A stretch of DNA of 63,146 nucleotides, filler included, from Octopus bimaculoides (taxonomy: Eukaryota): the NCBI RefSeq assembly GCF_001194135.2. It is 7 parts of 7 records of this genome, joined end to end, with 100 filler letters (N's around TTAATTAATTAA, not from the genome) between each part and the next. Parts side by side here need not be neighbours in the genome. Positions count along the whole stretch, not along the records: positions 51,692 to 57,373 come from NC_068985.1; positions 57,474 to 60,646 come from NC_069005.1; positions 60,747 to 63,146 come from NW_026341954.1; 4 more parts are not named here. One strand, 5' to 3'. Of the stretch, positions 53,365 to 63,146 are shown in pieces. A program made the translations under genes and the position numbers. The first letter of the stretch is position 1, and each line of letters begins with the position of its first letter. A model generated the notes under the pieces. The model was not told the origin of the DNA. It did not search any database and saw nothing but the letters and a program-made list of their open reading frames with translations.

Positions 53365-53722
53365 TACCACACAGCCACTCCTGCGCCTATCTAAGACAGG
53401 TTTCTTTAAGTTTCCGTCTACCAAATCCACTCACAAGGCTTTGGTCGGCTCGAGGCTATAGTAGAAGACACTTGCCCAAGATGTCATGCAGTGGGACTGA
53501 ACCCGGAACTATGTGGTTGGTAAGCAAGCTACTTACCACACAGCCACTCCTGCGCCTATCTAAGACAGGTTTCTTTAAGTTTCCGTCTACCAAATCCACT
53601 CACAAGGCTTTGGTCGGCTTGAGGCTAGAGTAGAAAACACTTGCCCAAGGTACCATGCAGTGGGACTGAACACGGAACCATGTGGTTCGTAAGCAAATCA
53701 CTTACCACACAGCCACTCCTAC
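53365..53722 (-). repeat. Tandem array of family A SINE heads, 169-nt period
   Basis: TACCACACAGCCACTCCT recurs at 53365, 53534 and 53703; the array runs into an N gap. Confidence 0.9.
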
Positions 53723-54124
53723 ACGTGATGTTTTTACATTCATTTTTTAATGAAGAAGTATGATTTATCTAACAAGCACACACAGTAGGTCTTGAAAGTA
53801 TGGCATGAAGACAGACAATAAATAGTTTTATGTTTTTCTGTTTATGCTGTTCTTTAGGCTTAGGTCAGTGCTGGTTGTTCAAAAATATTTCAGGTGGAAT
53901 TACTACGTTCTATTCTCAGAGATAGTATACCTAAAACAACATTATTTAATGTTGTCATTCATCTTTTTGTTTTAATATGGTAAGGTGATTTGAAGGAAAT
54001 TTGACTGCTATTTCTAGCATGTCAAGTAACTACAAAGGTCACAGCAGTAGCATGCTGTATTTGTTTGTCTACACCTGTGTGTGCTTGTTTGTATATTTGC
54101 AATTGTGTGTATGTGTGTGTGTGT

Positions 54125-54565
54125 GTGTTTGCAAGAATGTGTGTGTGCGTGTGTGTTTGCAAGAATGTGTGTGCATGTGTGCTTGCAAGAATGTGTGTGC
54201 ATGTGTGCTTGCAAGAATGTGTGTGAGTGTGTATTTGCAAGAATGTGTGTGTGTGTGTGTGTGTTTGCAAGAAAGTGTGTGTTTGCAAGAAAGTGTGTGT
54301 TTCTGTGTGTCTGCAAGAATTTGTGTGTGCGTGTGTGTGTGTGTCTGCAAGAATGTGTGTGTGTGGGTGTGTGTGTGTCTGCAAGAATGTGTGTGTGTGT
54401 CTGTTTGCAAGAATGTGTGCGTGTGTGTTTGCAAGAATGTGTGTGTGTGTGTGTGTGTTTGCAAGAATGTGTGTGTGTGTGTGTGTGTGTGTGTATTCAC
54501 AAGAGTGTGGTGTGTGTGTATTTGCAAGAGTGTGGTGTTTGTGTGTGTTTGCAAGAATGTGTGTG
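54125..54565. repeat. Composite minisatellite: 16 (G/A)CAAGA(A/G) anchors separated by variable (TG)n
   Basis: Anchors counted from 54131 to 54551. Confidence 0.92.
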
Positions 54566-54823
54566 TATGTGTTTACGTGTATGTGTGCATTTGAATATGT
54601 GCATGTGTGCGTGTGCATGTATGTATATTCTGGAGAGTACATACCAAAGTAGTGTATGTTTACATAGGTGCATTCCCAAAGGTTCATGAGTGCATCTGGA
54701 CTAAATTTGGTTACAAGAAGACATGCATGTGTAAATACATGCATATGTGCATGAGTAGAATTATCTGAAGTTGTCTCCCGTGTGTTAACATTTGAATGTA
54801 TTTATGAGCATTTGCAATTATAG

Positions 54824-54998
54824 GTGTACATTATGAATGGCTGTGTGGTAAGAAGCTTGCTTATCAACCACATGGTTCTGGGTTCAGTCCCACTGCGTGG
54901 CACCTTGGGCAAGTGTCTTCCACTATACCCTCAGGCCAACCAAAGCCTTGTGAGTGGATTTGGTAGACAGAAACTGAAAGAAGTCTGTCATATATATG

Positions 54999-55045
<47 letters not shown>

Positions 55046-55241
55046 TCCCCCCAACATCACTTGACAACCAATGCTGGTGTGTTCATGTCCCTGTAACTTA
55101 ATGGTTCAGCAAAAGACACCGATAGAACAAGTACTAGGCTTACAAAGAATAAGTCCTATGGCCGATTTGCTTGACTAAAGGCTGTGCTCCAGCATGACCG
55201 CAGTCAAATGACTGAAACAAGTAAATGAGTAAAAGAGTAAA
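54824..55241 (+). mobile_element. SINE family A, full length
   Basis: A box TGGCTGTGTGG, B box GGTTCAGTCCC, (TG)n spacer, body, GTAAAAGAG tail. Confidence 0.93.
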
Positions 55242-55695
55242 ATTTCAAATGCTTTGACCACAGTAAGCAACTATGAACAGGTTTTGTGGCCGCATTGAAC
55301 TAAACTATAATAGATATGTGGCAATGAAATTTAAGAAGAGGAAGAGAGAAAAGACTAACACAGTACTAAATAAATCCAGCTAATCTAAGCCTGTGTGCCA
55401 CAACTGGTATGTCATGGCACACTGGTGTGCTGCACTATAACCTGAATATAATATTTTTCCCTACACTTTTAATGATATTTTTAGTTCAGATGTGCCACTG
55501 AATTTTGAAAAGATATTAAGTGTACTGCAAGTGGAAAAAATGGCTGCAGAGCACCGATCTAAACAACCATGATTACGTAACTTCATTCAGCTATCCCACT
55601 AGAAGTTTAGCACTGGATGGCTACATAACAATTGTAATTCTCTGCTCAGTTGTCACTGTTTTTGCTGAATGTGCTACTCCCAATTATATTATACA

Positions 55696-56052
55696 GGCAT
55701 AGAAGTGGCTGTGTGGCAAGTAGCTGGCTTACCAACCACATGGTTCTGGGTTAAGTCCCACTGTGTGGTACCATGGGCCGACCCAAGCCTTGTGAGTGGA
55801 TTTGGTAAACGGAAACTGAAAGAAGCACGTCATGTGTGTGTGCGTGTGTGCGTGTGTCCAACATCACTTGACAATCAATGCTGGTATGTTTACGTCCCCG
55901 TAATTTAGCAGTTCGGCAAAAGTGACCAATAGAATAAGTAGTAGGCTTACAAAGAATAAGTCGTGGGGTCGATTTTCTCGACTAAAGGCGGTGCTCCAGC
56001 ATGGCCACAGTCAAATGACGGAAAGAAGTAATAGAGTAAGAGAGTAAAGAGT
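55696..56052 (+). mobile_element. SINE family A, full length with a 26-nt head deletion
   Basis: Same motifs; junction at TGGGC/CGACC. Confidence 0.92.
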
Positions 56053-57100
56053 ATTGTGTTCAAGATATTATGGAATGAATATGTAAAACCATATTGCCTC
56101 TCAGAGATTTGTTATCTATGGTATGTAAGAGAAAAGAAGATACGAAAAACAGGAGGAATAAAAGGAATGAAAAGTTTAAAAAATGAAACTAAAATGATTA
56201 AAAGATAAAAGCAAAAACAAAACAGAAGATCCGGGCTAAAGGAATAGGGAAAAGGTAGAGGAGAAAAGGAAATAGAGTCAAAAGCATGATGTGCTATATT
56301 TTAGTTTCTATTAGACCCAGAAAGCATTATAAGAAGAGGTGATTAACTCCAATTTTCATAGTATTTAAGTGGATGAGAGAGATACAGTTCCTCACAGATA
56401 GGAAACCATTCTATACCAGGAAAACATTTCCAGACCTTCCCAACTCATATGTGAACAAAGACAGATGATGTCGACAATTACCAAGAAAAAAAAAAAAATG
56501 CTTCCGTCAGAATTTTAACCCCTAAAGGCATTAGCAAAACCTTTAACTCATTATCGCTCCCCCTCATCCCACTACCCAGGATTTAAAAACACATCTATAT
56601 ATATATATATATATATCCTGAAGACAGAGAACAATGAAAAACAAATATATAATAAAAAAAGTAGTAAGCGGGAATTCCCAACTAGTTTAAAATTATATCA
56701 TTCTGCTTGTGCCTGTCTGTCTTTTCCGGGTATTACACTTATGTCATCAAGGGTGAGTAGGTGGGTAGGCAGGTAGGTAGGTGGTTAGACAGATTGATTG
56801 GTTTATCGATTGCCCCTTCAGTACTACCTACGTGCATTTTCACTTCTCGAGAATCAAATGTTTTAGAAAAATATACAATTTCACCATATAATTTTCAAAC
56901 TATGGAATTTCCATTGGCGTTGCTAGTAAACATACATAAATGTACTTACTAAATAAAAAAGATCACATTCTAAATCTTTGAACATTGGCTTTAATATAAG
57001 CTTCACAAATAGAAAAAATATATTTTGACCCATACAAGCTTGAAAAGTTGGTACATCAGCTAACCCCGTTTTAACACCGGCGTTTCGAAGAGCTGGGTAA

Positions 57101-57373
57101 TGTATCATCATCATCATCATCATCATCGTTTAACGTCCGCTTTCCATGCTAGCATGGGTTGGACGATTTGACTGAGGACTGGTGAAACCGGATGGCAACA
57201 CCAGGCTCCAGTCTAATTTGGCAGAGTTTCTACAGCTGGATGCCCTTCCTAACGCCAACCACTCAGAGTGTAATGGGTGCTTTTACGTGTCACCCGCACG
57301 AAAACGGCCACGCTCGAAATGGTGTCTTTTATGTGCCACCCGCACAAGCCAGTCCAGAGGCACTGGCAACGAT
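57101..57373 (-). mobile_element. SINE family C body with (GAT)n tail, cut by the linker
   Basis: (cat)n-cgtttaacgtccgctttccatgctagcatgggttggacg...ggatgcccttcctaacgccaaccac. Confidence 0.9.
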
Positions 57374-57473
57374 NNNNNNNNNNNNNNNNNNNNNNNNNNN
57401 NNNNNNNNNNNNNNNNNTTAATTAATTAANNNNNNNNNNNNNNNNNNNNNNNNNNNNNNNNNNNNNNNNNNNN
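57374..57473. other. Assembly linker
   Basis: 44 N + TTAATTAATTAA + 44 N. Confidence 0.95.
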
Positions 57474-57509
<36 letters not shown>

Positions 57510-57579
57510 GGATTCAAATAGAATCGGGTGCTTGAACTCACTTTTACTTTTTACTTTCTTTATTCTTCATCCTTACTTT

Positions 57580-57820
57580 ATCTTCGGTCCTCCCCCAACT
57601 ACCCTCTTCTCTAAGCCTAGTATAATAAAATATCACCTAGTCTATCAAAGAACCAGTCTAGCAGACTCCTATCTCACCCGGGTCACTGACCTTAGATATC
57701 ATATTGCACCCTTTTTCAAACTATATTCTAATGCCCACAACGGTCAACTTTGTTGGTCATTCTCCCATTTCATAGTTAGCCGAGACAGACGTCAACTCCG
57801 TCCCTGCCTGGGATATTCTT
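57580..57820 (+). mobile_element. Possible highly decayed Penelope GIY-YIG relic
   Basis: PPPTTLFSKPSIIKYHLV and QLCWSFSHFIVS(E/R)..RQLR loosely echo PLE linker and C..C...YIGET.R.L motifs. Weak. Confidence 0.25.
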
Positions 57821-57948
57821 TTCTTTGTAAAATTACGTTTCATCGGATGATTACGGTTTTTCGTAATGAAGTAATATATTTAAAAATGCGTAAGAAACAG
57901 CTGTAATGAGCTGACATTTATCTATCGTCGTCTGTTATTATTCATTTG

Positions 57949-57987
<39 letters not shown>

Positions 57988-58248
57988 ATTTTCCAGAGGA
58001 TGTAGCAACCGTTACATGAAATCTAACGAGATTCTAAGGATTTAATGATAGTTACGTATGTGTTTTTTCGTGTTTTGTTCGAATGGTAACCACTCCTAAA
58101 GAAGTGCCAAATGTCTAAATCCAATGGACCAGTCACTGGATAAGTTTGGCACAGAAATGTTAACATAGAGTGGTGAATAAATCGATATATCGAGTTTGAA
58201 GTCTCTGTCTCTTTTGAATATGAAAATTTAAAAGTTAAAAACCTTATA

Positions 58249-58303
<55 letters not shown>

Positions 58304-58325
58304 AAATATATATATGAGCGTGTAT

Positions 58326-58358
<33 letters not shown>

Positions 58359-58997
58359 CATATATATATGGATATTTATGTATGTACATTATATGTATAC
58401 ATAAACACACACATTATTGGTGTGTCGGCATGTCGCAAGTTCTCTATTCTGACAACAATAACAACAACAACAGAATCTGTTTAAGGTTACATACCCACAT
58501 TCCGATACGACTCTGCTTCCCCATGATAATAACAAAAAATACTTCACGTGTTCATGTGCTGTGTTGCGTATCTATGCATCTCTGCTAATCAGGAGGACCA
58601 TATATGTCGAATCAGGTCTTAGATTTGTTGGGATTAAGGATTACATGGATTTACACAATCATAATTATAGTGCATAGCACGGTCATCGTTTAGTTTTATT
58701 CGTGTAGATATGCGGTGGTCGTGAGCTTTATATGCGTTGGCATGAGTTTACACAACATAACATAACTCAGTCAGTATCACTTGAACTTGAGAGAGTGTAT
58801 CTCGAATATTCAACACGCCTATATATACACATGCATTTATACGTACATAAACATACATATAGGTACATACAGACACGCATGCACACACACTCATACATAA
58901 ACAGATCATTTAGAAGCGTTATGTACCCGTTATAATATCGTCAATGAAAACATTTCAATTATTCATTAATTTCCATAATGATAATAATAATAATAAT

Positions 58998-59424
58998 CCT
59001 TTCTACTATAGGCACACAACCTGGATTTTGTGGGGAGGGGGACAATCGATCACATCGACTCCAGTACTCAACTGGTACTTAATTTATCGACCCCAAAAGG
59101 ATGAAAGGCTAAGTTGACCTCGACAGAATTTGAACTCAGAACGTAGCGACGGCGAAATATCGCTAAGCATTTTGCCCGGCACGCTAACGATTCTGCCAAC
59201 TCACGGCCTTTAATAATCCTTTCTATTATAGGTACAAGGCCTGAAATTTGAGGGGAGGGGTAAGTCGATTACATCGATTCCATTGCGTAACTGGTGCTTA
59301 TTTAATCGATCCCGAAAAGATGAAAGGCAAAGTCAACCTCGGCGGAATTCGGACTCCGTAGCGGCAGACGAAATACCGCTAAGCATTTAGCCCGGCCTAC
59401 TAACGATTCTGCCAGCTCGCCACC

Positions 59425-59489
<65 letters not shown>

Positions 59490-59700
59490 CCTTTTTACTA
59501 TAGGCACACAGCCTGAATTTTGTGGAGAGGGGGTAGAGGATTACATCGACTACAGTACTCAACTGGTACTTAATTTATTGACCTCGAAAGGATGAAAGGC
59601 AAAGTCGACCTCGGCGGAATTTGAACTCAGAACGCAGCGACGGACGAAATGCCGTTAAGCCTTTTGCCTGGCATGCTGATGATTCTGACAGCTCGCTGCC

Positions 59701-59702
<2 letters not shown>
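58998..59702 (-). mobile_element. Three tandem family B SINEs (58998-59210, 59218-59426, 59490-59702) separated by (AAT)n
   Basis: Each copy has cctttctactataggcaca...ttatcgacccc.aaaggatgaaaggc.aagt.gacctc...gctaagcattt...ctgccagctcg; the copies differ from each other at many sites. Confidence 0.93.
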
Positions 59703-59742
<40 letters not shown>

Positions 59743-60152
59743 TGTGAAAATAGTAGTAATAATAATTACTTCAATTTTATTTTGTGGGAACATGTAAAGT
59801 ATAATTAATTAAATCTCATTGAAATAGAGGGATTGGTGTCGTTAACTGATGTGCTTCCATGTGTAGCTAAAAAATCAATTACAAAAACTACTTTTATAAC
59901 TTAACAATCAGATCAGAAAGTATGTACTGAATAAGTTTGTCCATAGGTAAGTTGGATTAGATCTCTGGGATGGTGAATTAACGAAAGACAACAAAAACAG
60001 TAACACTAGCCACCCTGTAAAGGGTTAAAAATAACAGCTAGTCGTTCGACCTACTACCCTACGTATCTCAGGTCTGTTAACCGTTCAGGGCTGACCTGAA
60101 GGGCTACACAATAAAAGCAGCATATTATGTACGAGGGTCAGTACTAGAGATG

Positions 60153-60184
<32 letters not shown>

Positions 60185-60447
60185 CAACAATAACAGAATC
60201 GGTAACAACAGGGGTTTGTGTTAGGACAGGCATAAGGTTATCGTTATGAAGAAAAACTAGGTAAATCTCGACTTACCGCTATTTATTTGTGTTTCTTTAC
60301 TGTTGACAGTCTGTTAAAATTACCGTTTGCAATACAGCCCCACCTACCCTATACCGCTCAATCTTTCTTTCTTCCTCCCTTTCTTCATTCCTATTTTTTC
60401 CTTTCTTCCTTTCTTTATATCTTTCTTTCTTTCTTTCTTTATTTATT

Positions 60448-60478
<31 letters not shown>

Positions 60479-60646
60479 GTCTGTCTGTCTCTCTGTGCCT
60501 CTCTCTGTCTTTCTATGTCACTGCACCTCTAACTTTTTTTTTTTACTCTCTTCCACTTTCTCGCTCGGCTAAAGTTACCGTTTGGAATAAAGCCTCCACC
60601 TACACCTCACAACTTTTTTCTTTCTCCACCCCATCTCTCTCTCTCT

Positions 60647-60746
60647 NNNNNNNNNNNNNNNNNNNNNNNNNNNNNNNNNNNNNNNNNNNNTTAATTAATT
60701 AANNNNNNNNNNNNNNNNNNNNNNNNNNNNNNNNNNNNNNNNNNNN
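60647..60746. other. Assembly linker
   Basis: 44 N + TTAATTAATTAA + 44 N. Confidence 0.95.
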
Positions 60747-60891
60747 CTTTCAGTTTCCGTCTACCAAATCCACTCACAGGGCTCTGGTCGGCCCGATGCT
60801 ATAGTTGAAGACACTAGCCCAACGTGTCACGCAGTGGGACTGAACCCGGAAGCATGTGGTTGGTAAGCAAGCTACTTACCACATAGCCACT
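60747..60891 (-). mobile_element. SINE family A head
   Basis: ctttcagtttccgtctaccaaatccactcac...gtgggactgaacccgg...cttaccacatagccactc. Confidence 0.9.
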
Positions 60892-60963
60892 CGTATGTGT
60901 GTGTGTGTGTGTGTGNNNNNNNNNNTGTGGTTGGTAAGCAAGCTACTTACCACATAGCCACTC

Positions 60964-61007
<44 letters not shown>

Positions 61008-61181
61008 ACTGGTAATGGACAGAGTAGCAATTAAGGTGTTAGTAGTGGAAGTTGTAGAAATAGTGGTATAGGTGACGATTCTGGTAGCAAAACGTAGGTG
61101 GCGTTATGAGCTGTTTCTATAAATATCTGTATTTGGAAATTGCATAAAAGAAAATCAAAAGCAACGACAACTACAACAACG

Positions 61182-61239
<58 letters not shown>

Positions 61240-63146
61240 TCAATACTTTTGAAAGGTGTTGTTGTTGTTGTTGGTTGGTTGGTGGTGGTGCGTCATTCTG
61301 CAGTGACGGAATGAGTGATTATGAGGAAGAGAAAAAGTTTGTTAGTGACATAGTGGCTGTGTTAAGGATGATGATGATGAGGTNNNNNNNNNNNNNNNNN
61401 NNNNNNNNNNNNNNNNNNNNNNNNNNNNNNNNNNNNNNNNNNNNNNNNNNNNNNNNNNNNNNNNNNNNNNNNNNNNNNNNNNNNNNNNNNNNNNNNNNNN
61501 NNNNNNNNNNNNNNNNNNNNNNNNNNNNNNNNNNNNNNNNNNNNNNNNNNNNNNNNNNNNNNNNNNNNNNNNNNNNNNNNNNNNNNNNNNNNNNNNNNNN
61601 NNNNNNNNNNNNNNNNNNNNNNNNNNNNNNNNNNNNNNNNNNNNNNNNNNNNNNNNNNNNNNNNNNNNNNNNNNNNNNNNNNNNNNNNNNNNNNNNNNNN
61701 NNNNNNNNNNNNNNNNNNNNNNNNNNNNNNNNNNNNNNNNNNNNNNNNNNNNNNNNNNNNNNNNNNNNNNNNNNNNNNNNNNNNNNNNNNNNNNNNNNNN
61801 NNNNNNNNNNNNNNNNNNNNNNNNNNNNNNNNNNNNNNNNNNNNNNNNNNNNNNNNNNNNNNNNNNNNNNNNNNNNNNNNNNNNNNNNNNNNNNNNNNNN
61901 NNNNNNNNNNNNNNNNNNNNNNNNNNNGTGGTGGTGGTGGTGGTGGTGGCGGCGGTGAAAGATTTAGTGTGTAGGCTATTTATAGAAATATCGGCTAAGC
62001 AAAAGAGAATGAATTGTTTATAAGAAGGAAAGGGGGAGGAATAACGCGAGTTTTGAGTGAGAAAATAAAGGCGAGAGAGAGAGAGGGGGGAGAGGGAGAG
62101 AAAGAGGGACAGAGAAAGATAGAAGATGAAGAAGAGAAAGAAAGAGAGTGAGCGAAAGAGAGAGTGAGCAAGAGAGAGTGAGAGAGTGCATATGTTCGTT
62201 AATGCAATTATAACTCTCTTCTGCATTCTTCTACCCCCACATCTCCACCTCTCTCAAAATTGTTCTGTTTGTATGTGCGCTGGTACATTATATGTGTGTG
62301 TGTATGCATATATATACATATATATACATATATATACATATATGTATGTATATATATATAGAACATTGTACGTATGCGCACTTTTACACAAGTTTATTTA
62401 TTCATTTATTGCGTGCGTATGTTTGTGTGAATGCAGAAGACCGAAAAGCGAAGACGGATGGCGAGAGGAAGAGAAAGACAGGTAAGTTATGGAAGAGGGG
62501 GTGTGAGCTAACGAAAGAGAACGAGGCGGCGGCGATAATCGGTTATATGAATGGCTGACAGAACTGTCCAATGAAATGTAGTTTACAACACAGGGACGGA
62601 AAGAACGCGTAACAAACACTATACTATATAAAGAGACCGGGGAAAACATTAGGCAGTGAAACAACGCACTACGTACTATACCCTACACATGCATAAACTG
62701 TGTGTTCCGCTTGTATATGTGACTCTCGTATGATAAAAAGGCACAGAAAGAGAGTGACAGAGAGGAAGAAAAAAAGAGGCATCCAATTGTTTTCGTTTAT
62801 ATATACCTGTATATATATGTGCACGGTTTCATTGAAAAGTTATCTAAGACTATTAAAGCGAACGGCCATAACACAAAAACTCAGTTGATTGATATATAGT
62901 TAATACAGAACTAAGATAATAATAATAGTAATAATAATAATAACAACAACAACAATAAAGAAAATTTTGATTTGGCCTTATAATTGACGGAGAAACATTT
63001 CAGAGAAGGAATTTATAAAAAAAAAAAAAGGCAATCAGGAAAAAAATATAAATAAAAGAGAGAGAAAGAAAGTGCGAAAGAAGAAAGATAAGGCAAAAAA
63101 AAAAATATATATATACATATACAAAAACAAAAAGAAGAAACATTAG

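Noticed and set aside
54001-54744. Cys/Val- and His/Thr-rich ORFs up to 240 aa, and a CRISPR-like look
   Set aside because: These are translations of the (TG)n/GCAAGA minisatellite, open in several frames on both strands. The spacers are not unique, no cas genes are present, and the context is eukaryotic.
60866-60990. Duplicated SINE head end plus (TG)n
   Set aside because: Identical copies either side of a 10-N gap (60916-60925); assembly artefact.

Overview
This is an AT-rich, microsatellite-saturated, gene-poor eukaryotic window from a gappy draft assembly. The SINE repertoire and repeat load point to an octopus/coleoid cephalopod genome (inference, not database-checked). None of the listed ORFs is a credible protein gene: nearly all are translated (CA)n/(TA)n/(AAT)n repeats or run through N gaps. 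Six identical 100-nt linkers (44 N + TTAATTAATTAA + 44 N) split the window into seven joined pieces whose true adjacency is uncertain. The sequence supports about 30 copies or fragments of four tRNA-head SINE families (my working labels A-D). It also supports decayed remnants of an R4/Dong-like RLE retrotransposon, a mariner and a Tigger/pogo transposon, Penelope-like termini, and several minisatellites. I find no novel protein-coding system. The best leads are RNA-level: (1) an 83-nt fold-back at 28454-28536 whose minus strand has Drosha/Dicer-compatible geometry (candidate microRNA); (2) type I hammerhead-ribozyme-like motifs, one inside a 354-nt-period direct repeat (Penelope/retrozyme-like); (3) a CpG-rich unique island at about 30.6-31.4 kb that may be a promoter or first exon; (4) a 169-nt tandem array of SINE Pol III heads. 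All pairings and alignments were done by hand and need computational and expression confirmation.
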